64,000 nt of DNA. Source: Salpingoeca rosetta. Taxonomy: Eukaryota; Protista; Choanoflagellata. The stretch is from contig JAWQFM010000012.1 of assembly GCA_033442325.1 (NCBI GenBank), positions 1,008,949-1,072,948 on the forward strand. Direction: 5' to 3'. The notes under the pieces were generated by a model. That model saw nothing but the letters and a program-made list of their open reading frames with translations. It was not told the DNA's origin and did not search any database. Shown piece by piece: positions 12,106-53,491 of the stretch (its first letter is position 1; every line of letters begins with the position of its first letter). The position numbers and the translations under genes were made by a program.

Positions 12106-12481
12106 CGCGCGTTTGGTTCGTCTATTGGGAGTAACGAGAGGCGGTGGTGTGCGTGCGTGTGCACTTTGCGGCCGTGAACGTGTTGGTAAACGAAAAGAAA
12201 CAGTGACACAACTGGCGAAACGGTGCGTGCAAACGAAGGACAATTGGGAAGATGGTGATGTGAAATGACGAATGTCAAACAGGAAAGGCGTGCAAAAGAA
12301 CAAAACAAAAGAAGTTGAAAAAAAAAATGGCCGCAACTGGACACAAAGCGACAACAAGAGTGCCAGGAATTGAGGAAGTGAAAATAGGGTAATCTGGTGT
12401 TGTATGTGTTGTGTGTTGTATGTGTGTTGTATGTGCGTGTTGTGTGGGTGAAGGGGGCGTGTTGTGGTGTTGTGCGAGTGT

Positions 12482-23221
<10,740 letters not shown>

Positions 23222-23869
23222 CGTGAGTGCAACAAGAGGCCTGTGTTGTTGGTTGGTTGGTTGGCTGACAGCAGTGGCGTGAGCGTGGCTGTAGAGAGGG
23301 GAAGGGGGGACGGTGGGGAGAGGAAGTCGATCGAACCTCGAATGACCTGAAACAACACCAGGACACAAGAGACAACACAACAAGCAAGCAAGGGGGTGTG
23401 TGCTTCCTCCAACAAAACAACAAAGAGAATCACGAGCAAGGAGGACAACAACTCAGCAAAACGCAAAAAAAAAAAAGGGGGGGGGGAGTGGCGTGTTGTG
23501 CGGTTGAGAATTGTGACACACATTTCAAACCGGGTGTGGTGATGTGCTTAGCTGCTTCGATGTGTGTGCGCGTGCTGGTTTGTCAGGCTTTCCCATCTCA
23601 CCTTGCTTCTTGTGTTGTTTGCTTGCTCCCTCGAGCGCATGCCACATCGCATGTGACCGCAGCTAGGGGTTTAAGTCTGTTTTCGATTGCTTGGCAGTGC
23701 CACCACCAGATCAAATCAACCAAATATCACACAATAACTTAAAACAACACACCAGCACACCACAGTGTCATTCGTGCATTCTGCATCAGCGCACCAGTTC
23801 ATCATCACCACCACCACCACCACCACCACCACCACCATCATCATCACCAGTGTGCTTACGAATCGCCAA

Positions 23870-30252
<6,383 letters not shown>

Positions 30253-30516
30253 GTTGTGGTGTGCTGCGCGGTGTGCTGCGTGTGTGGTGCAGTAGAAGCA
30301 ACACGAGCGAGCGAGCGGGCAGTGCAGTGTGTTGAATGGACTAGCTTCATGTCCTATGTGTTACTTATAGGACACGGCTGACAACGCTGACAACTGCCAG
30401 ACCCACCAACCGCAGCAACGCACCAACGTTAACCAGCAGCGGCGCTGGGTGCTTGTTTGTTCCCTCACATCAAATCACGGCCATATTCACAACCATAAGC
30501 ACAAGCACCGGCAAGC

Positions 30517-33615
<3,099 letters not shown>

Positions 33616-34146
33616 GCAGCCTCAAGGCAACCCAGTGTGTGAATGTGAGTGTGAGTGTGTGAATGTGTGTGTGTGTGTGTTTGCAAGAGCGTCAATGTTG
33701 TACACATGTGCCTTTGTGCACGTGCGTGATGGCATTGCCGTTGCGGCCAGTGGCTGTCATGTCATTGCCATGGCGACTGCTTCTTCATTGTACCTCAGTG
33801 CAGGTTTATTGATCCAGTTAAACAAAATGATCAGCAGCAAAGGTGTGCAATGAAGCCTACCAGCAATGCATGTGCAAAAGTGTAACAACGGGAACGGCAA
33901 TGCGCTTGACCAGCAAACGCTGTGGGATATAGAGCAGAACAGTGAGAATGAGGGCACTGACAACAGCTGATGGCGGTAAGACAACTGTTGCTCGCAGAAG
34001 AGCAAAGATGTGTGCGTGTGTGTGTGTGTGCGAGAGCGAGAAAACGAGTTGTGTTGGTTGTTTGTGTGCGTGAGAGTGTGCGTGACTGAGTGTTGTGTGA
34101 ATGTGTTGTCATGTAAAACAGCAGCTCGAACAGTGTGCGCAGGTGT

Positions 34147-34854
34147 TTAGAACTTAAAGCGCCTGTGACCTGCGCAGACGCCGAGGAGGATGTAGAATGG
34201 CATGGCAACCGCCTGCAAGAACCATGCCTGAAAGCGGCGGGTGCCAAAGAAGAGGAGAGTGGCGTGGACGAGTTGCACGATGCAGACGTAGAGCAAGCGC
34301 CAGTCATTGCGAATGTGCGTGTGTTGCATCTTGCGCGTGGCGTGCTTGTAGGTGGCGGCGGTGCTCACAGCCAGCATGGAAACGAGGAGGAACCCGCCAA
34401 GGATGCGGATGTTGAAGCGAGGGCTTCGGGCGCGCCAGAGAACGTACAGAAAGTACAAGGTGACGCAGGTAGCTTCCACGGCATCCAGCAGCCACAGCTT
34501 CACGTGGGTGTGGTAGAACAAGTGGCTGCACGTCCTCCAGTGGACCACTTGCAAGGCGCCAACGAGAAACAGCGTGAGCATGTTTCGTTTGGGGAAGGCT
34601 GGGTCCAGGTACCGCACACGCCGGGCAGTCGAGCCAGCGACCACGCCGCCCAGGTTCAAGTACAGGAGCGCGTTGACAAGCAGGATCAGGGACACCCACG
34701 ACCGAAGCTCCGCCATGAGCGCCAGCACAATGGCGCAGACCGCGCTGGTCATGTACAGCGCAATGTACGTTGCCGTGCGATCCTGTTCCTTTGACGGCAC
34801 CGTAGTGCCATCTAACCTGGAAGGAGGAGGAGCAGCACCCAGCTCCCCGCTCAT
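34147..34854 (-). CDS. Hypothetical intronless multi-pass membrane protein (~235 aa)
   Basis: Single ORF from ATG 34854 (MSGELG...) with about 6-7 hydrophobic segments and no microsatellites. No family recognised. Confidence 0.6.
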   Translation of the reverse strand: MSGELGAAPPPSRLDGTTVPSKEQDRTATYIALYMTSAVCAIVLALMAELRSWVSLILLVNALLYLNLGGVVAGSTARRVRYLDPAFPKRNMLTLFLVGALQVVHWRTCSHLFYHTHVKLWLLDAVEATCVTLYFLYVLWRARSPRFNIRILGGFLLVSMLAVSTAATYKHATRKMQHTHIRNDWRLLYVCIVQLVHATLLFFGTRRFQAWFLQAVAMPFYILLGVCAGHRRFKF

Positions 34855-35146
34855 GACGGAGTCGAGTGTGTGGTCGTGGTGTGAGGAGAGGTGTGTGGTG
34901 GGGTGTGGGCAGCCGTGCGCGAGGAGAGGTTTGTGGTGAGCAGCGGCGGCTTGGAGTAGCTGTATGCGACCATATGAAATGTAGTATCCTGAATTCAGGG
35001 TACAGTTTTTTCGGTGGACACTCAAACAGAGCAGAGCAAGACAACCAACGACCGCTGACCGAGACACAGCCAGCCAGCCAAACAAGCACTCGTCTCAGTG
35101 CAAACAAGCACACACATACACATACCCATCCACACAGTCAGCAGCC

Positions 35147-37204
35147 ATGTCACAGAAGTACAACTTCAGTCTCACCACATTCAGGTGCGTTGGAGCGGAG
35201 AGGCCTTGCACGCGGATCTCTTGCACGTACACCATGCTCTGTGCTCCGTGCTTTGTGACATGTGTGTGTGTTTTCGATGGTGGGCACCCGCGGCAGCTGA
35301 TGTGTGTGTGTGTTTGTGCTGCCTTGTGTGTTGTGTGTCAATACAGCCCTTCGGGAAAGCTGGTGCAGATTGAGTATGCACTGCAAGCTGTTTCGGGTGG
35401 TGCCACCTCCATCGGCATCAAGAGTACGTTCCTCGTTGTGGCGCGCAGCGTGTCTGTGTCTGTGTGTGTGTGTGTGTAGCATGTGTAGCATGTGTAGCAT
35501 GTGTAGCGTGCGTATATGTGTTTATAGCGTGTGTATGTTTGTATGTGTGTGTGTGTGTCTGCGTGTGTCTGTGAACAAGCGCTTGCCGCGAAAAGAGTGT
35601 GGGAATGATCATGCTTTTCTACTGTGTTGCGCTCCCAATATGCAGCCACTGAGGGCGCTGTGATCGCATCGGAAAAGAAGATGGGTTCCATCCTCGTCGA
35701 CGAGCAGTCCATCACAAAGGTGCGAGGCATGCTTGATCGCCACGAGCCCACGCACACTGTGGCCGCACTGCCTCGATTCTCCTCCCTGCATCACTTCTTG
35801 CGTCCCCTCCACTCCCCCCTCCCTCTGCCTTGCTCACTTCTACTCCTCCCCCACAATCTCAACTGCACATAACCTTGGCTGTCGACAACAAAACCACCAA
35901 CCTTGCTTGGTGATGTCTCCCAGGTTGACAAGCTGACAGAGCGTATCGGCATGGTGTACTCCGGCATGGGCCCCGACAAGCGGTGGGTATGCGCGCGTAA
36001 CATGGTTGCGTGGTTCTGTTACCGCGCGCCCCTCGACCCGGCTGCTGCCAGTGTGCAGCCTTTCCTTTACACATTGGAACACGAGCACACGCAAAAGGCT
36101 GATACGTTCATGTATTCCACATGCAATTCCCTCGTTCACACGTTTGGTTCGATGGTGTATTGCGTGCATGCAGGGTGCTGCTGGCCAAGGGCCGCAAGCT
36201 TGCACAGCAGTACTTCATGACCTATCGGGAACAGATTCCCACCCGCATGCTCGTGCGCGAGCTCGCAAACGTCATGCAGGAGTACACACAGCGCGGGTGA
36301 GAAAGAGATGTAGAGTGAGGCGGAGAGAAGAGAAAAGAGAAGAGAGAGTGTGTGTATGTATGTATGTATGTATGTATGTATGTATGTATGTATGTATGTA
36401 TGTATGTATGTATGTATGTATGTATGTATGTATGTATGTATGTATGTATGTATGTTTGTGCATAGGTGTGTGTGTGTTTGTGTGTCTGTGTGTGCATAGG
36501 TGTGTGTGTGTTTGTGTGTCTGTGTGTGCATATGTGTGTGGTGGTATGTGTGTGCATATGTGTGTGTGTATGTGTGCGTGCGTGTGGGTGTGCATATGTG
36601 TGGTGTGGTGTGCGTGTGTGTGCGTGTGTACCTGTCATTGTGTTTGTGTCTGTGCCTGTATTTGTGTGCATGAATTAGGCGAAATTGTCGCCCAAGCTTA
36701 CTGTCACCCCGCCAAACCATCTCACCTCGCCTTGCGCTATGTTGCTGTCTGCACCATGCCTTGTGCAGTGGCGTGCGCCCCTTTGGCGTGTCGCTGCTCG
36801 TCGTCGGCTTTGACCAGCACACAGAGAAGCCCGCCCTCTACCAAGTCGACCCAAGCGTACGTTTGTGTCTTTGTGTCTTTGTGTGTGTGTGTCTGTGTCT
36901 GCGTCTGTGTCTGTGTTGTTGGAGAACAGCGTTCTGCGAAGTGCGTGAACATGCCTGATATAGGGTGTTGCCAATTCAATTCATCGATGTCCTGCACATC
37001 TTCTTCGCTCAACAACCACACACACACACAATATCATCCGCGTAAACTGCACTGCGTTGCGGGCGACAGGGGTCGTTCTTTGCGTGGAAGGCAACAGCGC
37101 TGGGGCGGAACATGATCAACGCAAAGGCGTTTTTGGAGAAGCGGTACAACGACGAGCTGGAGCTTGAGGACGCCGTCCACACAGCCATCCTCACTCTCAA
37201 GGCA

Positions 37205-37269
<65 letters not shown>

Positions 37270-37359
37270 GAATGTTTTGGGTTGTCCTTGTTGTCGTTGT
37301 TGTCCCCCGTTGTCCTCGTTGTCCTTGTTGTTGTTCTCACAACCAAGACGGCTGCGGTT

Positions 37360-37397
<38 letters not shown>

Positions 37398-37781
37398 TGC
37401 GTGTGTCTGTCTGTCTGTCTGCGTGTGCAGGAGGGCTTTGAGGGCCAGATGACAGAGAACAACATTGAGATTGGCATTGCCGACAGCGCAGGCTTCCGAC
37501 GTCTCGAGGTACACCTCCAGCCGACTCCCCATGGTTGATGTCAATGTGACACCACGCGTGTATGTGGTGCATGAGTGCGTGTTTGACGTACGGCTGGCGT
37601 GGGTTGTCATCAACTGACTGAAGTGGTGCAAGCTGTACCGCGCGCATCCCATGCTTGCAGGCAAGTGGAGTACCGTCCGCTCACTTGCCAATCCTATCTA
37701 TTGCGCTTCGTGCCGCCCTGCTCATTCCCATTCATTCAGCCAACCGAAATCAAGGATTATCTCGCAGCCATTGCTGCCTAA
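35147..37781 (+). CDS. PSMA2: 20S proteasome subunit alpha type-2, multi-exon
   Basis: YNFSLTTFS|[29 protein letters not shown]|[45 protein letters not shown]|[23 protein letters not shown]. Confidence 0.96.
36354..36454. repeat. (TATG)n microsatellite, PSMA2 intron
   Basis: Tandem TATG run. Confidence 0.95.
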
Positions 37782-37789
37782 ACCCAGCG

Positions 37790-37836
<47 letters not shown>

Positions 37837-38157
37837 CTTCTCATCAACTCGACCATTGCCCCTCGTCCCGTTATGTGTGTGTGTGTGTGTTTGCTTGAAG
37901 TGTTGGTCGCGCCGGTGTTATTGCACGCGCTGACAGTACACGATGAACAATGACCTTGACAGAGAAGAATTTGAGTGTGGATCATACAATCTGAACCGCG
38001 GTGGCGTGCTGTGTAGAACCAAGACAACAAAGAAAGACGGGGACCTGATTGATTGATTGATTGATTGATTGTGCACACGTCGAGAGAACCATCAACAGAC
38101 AAAGAGAAGAAAGCACTCAGCCCAGCAGCATTATCGCCACCATAACCATGTTCTAGT

Positions 38158-44697
<6,540 letters not shown>

Positions 44698-45215
44698 ATC
44701 TCCAGCAATGGCCGGCTCGACAGCGTCCTTGGTGGCAACGATGGCTGTTCCAATGTAGAGCTGGGTCGCAAGTCAGCCAGCGCAAGAGCGTTACACACAG
44801 TGAGACGGACAAGACCCCTCAATCCCACCAGCAGCGGTAGCAGCAACAACAAGCGGCGCCAGTGCGCGCGCGTTTGGTTCAAACTACATGCAGCGTGTGC
44901 CAGCGATCGACAAGACTGCAGTGTGTGCTCCTGCTTATGACAGATTTGCCGCCCTCACTGCTACCACCACACGCGACACACACACATAGTCCCAATCACG
45001 CCTGAAGCAGCACCCTCGCCCATGCACGGCAGCAGATGCAGCGATGGTGGAAGCAAGAGCACAACAGGGTCAGTCGGTCTGTCGAGGGTTGACGTGCACG
45101 CACCTGCTGTCTGCTGTGTTATGTGTGTGTGTGTGTGTGTGTGCACAAGAACAGCAGCAGCAGGAGAACAAGGGGCGATTATTTTTTGTGCTGTCGGTTG
45201 TGACGGACGACGACG

Positions 45216-45511
45216 ATGACCGCGATTGGAACTTTGCCGCTGGCAGATGATGATGAAGACACGAACGCGGTGGCGGTGGTGAGGTCGAGACAGATGCAGG
45301 GGCCAAGATGGAAGAGAAGACGAAAGCGAGGACCCTTGCTGCCTGTGTTTGGAATGGCACTGGTGGTGATGGTGACAATAATGGTGGTGATGATGGCGGG
45401 AGGGGCTTGGGGTGATGGTGGTGGTGTTGGTCATGGGGGCGCGTCTGCGTGCTTGGATCCTGATCAATGCACCCAAGTTCCACGCCAAGCTCCACGCCAA
45501 AGTCCCAGCTT

Positions 45512-45549
<38 letters not shown>

Positions 45550-46332
45550 CGGAGCAGGAGCAGCAGCAGACGGAGCAGGAGCAGAAGGAGGTGAGGAGTG
45601 GCGAGGTGTTGCCGCAGGTGAAGTTGATTGTCATGTTCACAAGCTACGCCAACCACACCCAGTTGGCAGGGATCATCAACGCCACGCTGGCTGCGCAAGT
45701 TACCACACAATCACAGAGTGCAGGGAAGCATCGCGAGAGCACCGATGGCGACACCACTACAACTGCACGACCCAGCTCGTCACCCTCAGCAGCGCCGCTT
45801 ACGCCGCCCACCAACTGCACGTGGTCCATCCTTGAGCGGCGGAACCGCGCACTTGAGTTTCCAACAGACTTTGTTGTTGTTGACATTTCCGGCTGCCTCC
45901 ACCATCGCGACACCATTCACGCTGCGCTGCAATCCCACCCATCCATCACCAGCGTCACCGAAGAGAAGCACGTACGTGTTCTTGTGCATGTGCTGTGTGC
46001 GTGTTCTTGTGTGCAGACATGTGTGGTTGTACGGATACGTGTGTATTTGGACACGTAGTGTGTTCGCATATTCATGATTGTGTGGGCGTGTATGGATGTG
46101 GGTCGTTCCTTGAGCCACGTGGACGGCACGCGTTCAACGTCATACCCTTTGTACACTCACGGTGTGCGTGCCTGTGACATGGTACCCTTTACTTTCTTCG
46201 TTCGTGCAGGTGAATCGAGGTACCCTGTTTGCTTCGCATGGCCCACATGTGCGACACCATGCCTCATCCTGGGCACAAGAGCAGCAGCAAGAACACCAAC
46301 AACAACAGCAGCAGCAACAACAACAACAACAA

Positions 46333-46363
<31 letters not shown>

Positions 46364-48844
46364 GCCGCCACACCCTGGGCCTATCTGACCTGCTGCGCGG
46401 TCTGATGGACCGTGGCGATTCCGACAGCAGCAACCTCGTCGCTGCCATGCGCGCCCGCAGCCTGTGGGAGCTCGGGTACAAGGGGCAGGGCATTCACGTT
46501 GCTGTGTTTGACACGGGCCTGGGCGCCGACCACCCGGACTTTGCGCACGTGGACGAGCGCACCAACTGGACAGACGAGGACGACCTTAACGACGGCATTG
46601 GGCACGGCACGTTTGTTGCGGGCGTGGTTGCGTCCACATCGCGCGGGTGTCCTGGCCTGGCACCGGAGGCGCACGTGCACGTGTACCGTGTCTTCACCAA
46701 CGCCCAGGTCTCCTACACCTCGTGGTTCCTCGACGCTTTCAACTACGCCATCTTCAAGAAGGTTGCTGCCTACACGCGCATGTGCTTTGTGTGTGTGTGT
46801 GTGCGTGCTTTGTGTGTGTGTGTGCTTTGTGTGTGTGTATGCATGTGCTTACGTGTGCGTGAGCGTGGTCGTGCATATACGTGTGTGCTGTTGAATCGAA
46901 TCGACCTTGACTGTGAGAGGAAGGCAGCTCTTTCTGATGCGCACACACGCACACACACGCACACACACACATACACGCACGCATGTACACGATTGTAGGT
47001 GCATGTGCTGAACCTGAGCATTGGCGGACCAGACTTTATGGACGAGCCGTTTGTTGCAAAGGTGAACGAGCTCACGGCACGTGGCATCATCATGGTGTCT
47101 GCTATCGGTAACGATGGCCCTGTCTTCGGCACCCTCAACAACCCCGGCGATCAGAACAACGTGCGTTGTCGTATTCGTGTACAAGTGTGTCAATGGTCAT
47201 GTATGGATGCCATGTGCGTGTGAGTCTTGAGTGTGGGTTTGTGAGTGTGTGCATGCATGGTGTTGGTGTGGTTTTGTGATTTCGCCGCAGCACCGTGTAC
47301 CGCACACACGCACATACACGCACGCACACACACGCACGCACACACACGTACACACATACGCGCGCACACACACACGCACACACACTGTTTCATCGCTGTG
47401 CTGTGATATTTGTTTTCCGCGTCATGTCACTGCCGTTTCTTCAGGTTATTGGCGTTGGTGGCATTGACTTCAAGGACCAAATCGCCCCCTTCTCCTCGAG
47501 AGGTGTGGCTGTCTTGCTCCCGTGTACTTGCTCATGCTCGTGAAGATGCATGCGCACATCCGCGCACGCCCTGTGTCCTTCCTTTCCCGTCCTCCTCGTC
47601 CCTTGATATGTTGCTTTTCGTCTACCACCACTCACCATCACCACCATCCCAACACCATCACCACCATCCCAACACCATCACACCACCATCACCACCACCC
47701 TTACACCATCCCAACACCTCCAGGAATGACCCTGTGGGAGCTCCCCCACGGCTACGGGCGTGTCAAGCCAGACGTCGTCACATACGGCACAGACGTCGCT
47801 GGGCCAGGCATCTTCGGCGCATGCCGCACCCTCTCAGGCACCAGGTGTGGTGGTGATGGTGGTGATGATGATGATGATGGTGGTGGTGGTAATGATGGGG
47901 GGTGATGGTCATGGTGGTGGCGGTTGTGTGTATGTGGTGAATGTGGACGTGTGTTGTCAGTGTTATTCTTTTAGCTGCGCCTATTCACCTCCTGTCCGCG
48001 GTTACGTTGGGGTCTCACGTCGTTCGTGTGTCTGTTTTTTCTGTGTTCAAACGCATTGCTGCTTCTAGTGTCGCCTCTCCTGTTGTCACGGGTGCCGTTG
48101 CATTGCTCGCAAGCATCATCCCAACAGAAGACAGGTCTGTAGTGAGTTCACGCTCAGCACGCGCCGGTGTGATGCATATTGACGTGGGTTTTCGTCTCGT
48201 TCACACTTGAACACCCACCCACGCAGACTCACAAACACACATACGCACACACTCTCGTACCCGCTCACGCTGTCCAGGCCACGGCTGCTGAATCCTACCA
48301 GCATGAAGCAAGCGCTGCTCAGCACAGCCACCCGCCTGAGCGACGGAAGGTGTGGGTGTTACTGCCTTGTCTTTGCTCCACCACGACACATGACATCATG
48401 ACATCAACCCGCGGTCTGATTGCATCTTGATTCGTGATGTGATGATGAAGACGTGCTGTAGCTCACATGTAGCGACTGCTCGATGTGTTTTCGTTTGCAT
48501 GGGGTTTGTCTGGTTCTCAGCACCATCTTTGAGCAAGGCGCCGGGAAGGTCAACCTCACTGCTGGTACAACACATGCAAACATGAAAAGCATCATATGCA
48601 CGAAGCCACACACGCCCACGCACACACATGTACACATGCAGACCGCGCACGCACACACGCACACGCTCGCAAAGCCCTTTCGCCTTGTCATTGTGTGCTC
48701 ACCACTGGCACGTGACTGTGCTCTCCTGTGTTCCTTCCAGCGGCGGTCTTCCTGGACACATACACACCGCACGCGAGCGCGTGGCCACCAGCCTTCAACA
48801 TGAGCGACTGCCCATACTTCTCCCCTTACTGCCAACAGAGTGCG

Positions 48845-48906
<62 letters not shown>

Positions 48907-49400
48907 TACACATACTGGTCCACACACGCGCGCACACAAACACACACACACGCACACATGTGCACATTCGATTCTTAAAGCTGCATGTGCTGTTGAGGGC
49001 TGCTTTTAACGCTTTGAGCGCACATTAAGCGTGTGTGATTTGTGCGTGTGCAGCATGTTTGGTTGTATCCGCACCAAACTGACAGAACGCCATTCGTCCC
49101 CATCGCGCCACGTTGTGCGTCCACCGCCACACCACATCACGGGCTCTGTGTTGCAGGCCTGTACTTTGGCGGCCAGCCGTTAATTGCAAACTTCACCATC
49201 CTCAGCGGCCTTGCCCCAACGGGCTGGTTCCCCTCGCTGCCGGAATTCCGGTCCGTCAACCCGAAGCACGCGCACGTCGTCCAGCTTGCATTCACCTCCT
49301 CCCCTCGCCTCGTCTCCTGGGCAGGTAGCGCCTTGCCGTATGCACGTGCACGTGTGCGCCCACATGTGTCTGTCTGTGCGTGCGTGTGTGCGTGTGCGTG

Positions 49401-49443
<43 letters not shown>

Positions 49444-50294
49444 TGTGTGTGTGTGTGTGTGCGTGTGTGTGTGTGTGTGCACATGTGCGTGTGCGCATGA
49501 AGTTCTCTGGCTGTCTGGACCTTCACCCTTCGTGTGTGTGTGTGTGTGTGTGTGACGAAGGGCGTTGAGCGATGCATGGCAAGCGCCTACAATATGCAAG
49601 TACACGAACCTTGCTCATCACCACACACGTTCTGGTCCACCTGTCCACCAGGAACGGTAGCGATGAAGGCGACTGTATCTCCGCAGGCGCGCATGTTCCG
49701 CGGAGTTGTTCGCGGTGTCGTCACCATCACCGTCGAGGCCCCACCGCAGGTACAAACCCTGCTCTCTGACTCGTGCACGTGAGGTCATGTTTATGTCATG
49801 GCACGCATGTGCGTCGCACGCTGCCAGCAAGCAGTCCCTCACACACACACACTCAACCATGAGCACTTACGCACCAGCGCAAGCTTTTTCATCATCACCA
49901 TCACCACCCTCACACACCACCACGCCAACCATCGCACGCACCACCACCCCCAGGTGCCCGGTAGTGATCGGATGCAGCGTTCGACGGTTGAGATTGGTGT
50001 TGAGTTTGATGTCGTCCCAACACCACCGCGAGAGCGACGCCTGCTGTGGGATGCTTTCCACAGCCTGCCATACCCGCCAGGCTACTTCCCTCGTGATGCT
50101 CTCAAGCACAAGGTGCTTCACTACTGCTGCTGTTGTGATAGTTGGCGGTTGTGGCAGTAAAGCCATGCGCTCATCATTGTACGCGCACTCACACACTCAC
50201 AATGATATTCACTCTTGAGTTTACGATACGCATGCCACCTCACACTGCTTCCACAACCGCCATCATCACCATCACCACCACCACCACCAACAAC

Positions 50295-50380
<86 letters not shown>

Positions 50381-51566
50381 TTCCCCTGGCGTGCACATTA
50401 GAGCGACCCGCTCGACTGGAACGGAGACCATCCACACACCAACTACCGCACGCTCGCCACCCACCTCGCTGCCAGCGGATATCACCTCGAAGTCCTCGGT
50501 ACGCTGCAACGGCTGACGATGACGCCGCTGTCCGTGATCGTGGGCATGGTGATTGTGGTGGTCGTTGTGATGGTGGTGGAGTGGCAAGCGCGCCGTGTGT
50601 AGATACTTCTGTTTCCTTCGTGCTTCCGACCAAGAACAACACACACACACACACATACACGCGCGCGCACACAACATAGGGTCGCCGTACACGTGTGTTG
50701 ACTTGAGCGACTACGCGGCGCTTCTCATTGTCGATCCTGAAGAGGAATTCTTCACCGACGAAATCAAACACGTGCGTGAGCCTTGAGCGTATACATATGT
50801 GTGTGTGTTTTGCTCTTGTGACCCAGATGAATTTACAGTGTGTGTGTGTATCCACGTGTTCTCAAGCGATATCAGCGCTCCAACTGTAGCTGATACATTC
50901 ACATTCTCACGCACACACACGCACGCCGACACAACTGCTCCTCCACCACTCTGACGCAATTGCACACCATATCCACACCTCCTCCATCACTCTGACGGTC
51001 TTGACACCACCACCGCAAGGTGGAGAAGGCTGTGAACGAGCAAGGCCTGGGCGTCGTTGTGCTCGCCGACTGGTACAACCGCGACATTATGCAAGCAATC
51101 CAGTTTTATGACGAAAACACACGCAACTGGTGGCACCCAGAAACAGGCGGCGCGTAAGTCCATCTAACGTGATGCTGTCACTCATGGATTGAACACGCAC
51201 ACGCGCGCGTGTGTGTCTGTGTGTGTGTCTGTCTGTGTCTGTCTGTGTCTGTGTGTGTCTGTGTGTGTCTGTGTGTGTCTGTGTGTGTCTGAGCGCGCGC
51301 ATGCACTGCGAACGATATGCGTTCTGTGATCACACACAACGTACGCACGGACAGCATGTACACCTCACTTATCACCTTACGGCCCGCCCCCCCCCCCTTC
51401 TTCTTCGCGCTGCTGCATGTGTGACAGGAATGTGCCTGCGCTGAACGATTTGCTGCAGTCGTGGGGCATTGAGTTCTCAAATGTTGTCGTCGACGGGAAG
51501 TTTTCCTATCAAGAACAAGTCATCCAGGTGCAGTGCACTCGTCTGCGTGTGTGTGTGTGCGTGTGC

Positions 51567-51598
<32 letters not shown>

Positions 51599-52917
51599 GT
51601 GTGTGTGTGCGGACTTGCACGACGTGGTCTGGTCTGTTTCGATCTCACCTGGCGTCGTAATTATGTGGTACTTACTCCCGTCCATCCACCACCCCATCTT
51701 CGTTCATCCATCACTGCGTGTGCCGCTGCCAGTACCAGAGCGGGACGACGCTTGCTGCGTTCCCGCGTGGCGGCGTGCTCGTGTCAGCCATCCTCGCTCC
51801 CCAGCACGTCGATGACAGCAACCAGCATCATCAGCAGCACGGGCGTGACAGTGACATTGTTGCTGGCGAGACAAGCCACTACCCCATCATCGGTCTCTAC
51901 CAGGTATGTGCTTATGTGTATGTGTGTGTGTGCATGTGTGTATGTGTGCATGTGTGTATGTGTGCATGTGTGTATGCGTGTGTGTATGTGCGCATGTGCT
52001 AGCGTGTGTTGCAGTTCTTGCTTCTGCTCGTCCCTCACTTGATGTATTTGTGTCGTGGTGGTGTTCAGGTGCCTGCAAGCAGTGGGGGACGCATTGCCGT
52101 GTACGGCGACAGCTCATGTGTTGACGACAAGTACAACTCGGCGCACCACACGTGAGTCATATCAAACGAGGGCTGATGTGCCGCGTTTGCTCCGGGCAGC
52201 GAAAGAGATTGTACGCTGCTGTTTGTTGTCCAAACAACCAACCTGCACACGCACACACGCGCAGATGTCTCACTGACGCTTGCTCCTACACACATACACA
52301 CATCCACATCCACGCATACACATACACATGCATGCACACACGCACACACATGTACACACACGCACACGCGCGCGTACACACACGCACACATGTACACACA
52401 CTCTCTCTCTTTTGCCACAGTGCGCGGTGTGTGCCGCTGATTCAGGATCTGCTGGAGTACGTTCTCGACCACAACGACCGAGGAGAGAATTTGATCAAGG
52501 TGCATGTGACTTGCCGTGGCATCACGTTGTCATGGCAGCCGCATTTCGTGTGCTGCGACTCGCTCTGTGTGTGTGTGTGTGCGTGTGCTGTACTCTCTCA
52601 CATGTTCATGCAACAGTCGCATTGCCTTCTGATGCGTTCCGCCCTCACCCCTTTCGCACACACATACATGCTCGCACAAACACGCTCGCACAAACACACA
52701 CACACACAACGAGACAGTTGGGCCAGGTGATGCAGCGGGACTTGCGCCCGCACCCAAACGCCCAGCCACGCCGCAGCGACAACGCCACACTCCACATCTA
52801 CTCTCGCGTCCTGCAGGTGAGTCATATTGGGTTGCAGGTTGCAGGAGGTGGTGGTGCATGGCGATCGAGAGTTGTTGTGGCGCCATGAATTCGCCAAGTA
52901 GCCTCCCCTTCCCAACA

Positions 52918-52970
<53 letters not shown>

Positions 52971-53491
52971 GCCTCTCACCCACCATCATGTACGTCCATC
53001 GACGTGATTGCCAGGCGCCGAGCGAGCAGGCCCCGCTGCCCATATGCTCGCACGACAAGTGGATCACCCCAATCATGGATGGCGGTGTTGTGCAGACAAC
53101 GCGCACTCCACCACACGATGCACCCCGCCAAGACGTCAGCGCTCGCATTCAGCACGTGCGCCCCGCTGATGAGGTTGGCGATGGCAGTGGTGCTGGTGCT
53201 CGTGGCGGTGGCGGCGGCGGCGGCGGCGGCGGCCTGTCGCCGATATCTGCTGCTGTGCTGTTGCTTCTTGGAATGGCTGTCGGCGTTGTTGCCTTCGTCG
53301 GCTTCAAGCGATGGCGTGCGCGGAGACGCGGCAGTGCTGTTGAGCGCGAGCACGCCCGCCACCACCGTTATCACCATCATCAACAGCACCGCATGTCGTT
53401 CATGGCGTCGCCCACCACAGACACGCACCCCACAATCAGCACCAGCAGCAGTAACCTGTCCCCCACCACCGCACGGACGTTTGCTGTTTGA
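45216..53491 (+). CDS. MBTPS1: Site-1 protease / SKI-1 (subtilase S8), multi-exon
   Basis: Catalytic [15 protein letters not shown] and LSGTS|VASPVVTGA (Ser codon split by intron 47845-48068). Also [58 protein letters not shown]-terminal TM plus basic tail. Confidence 0.95.

Noticed and set aside
34135-34794. 219-aa + strand ORF
   Set aside because: Antisense shadow of the membrane-protein gene with no recognisable motifs
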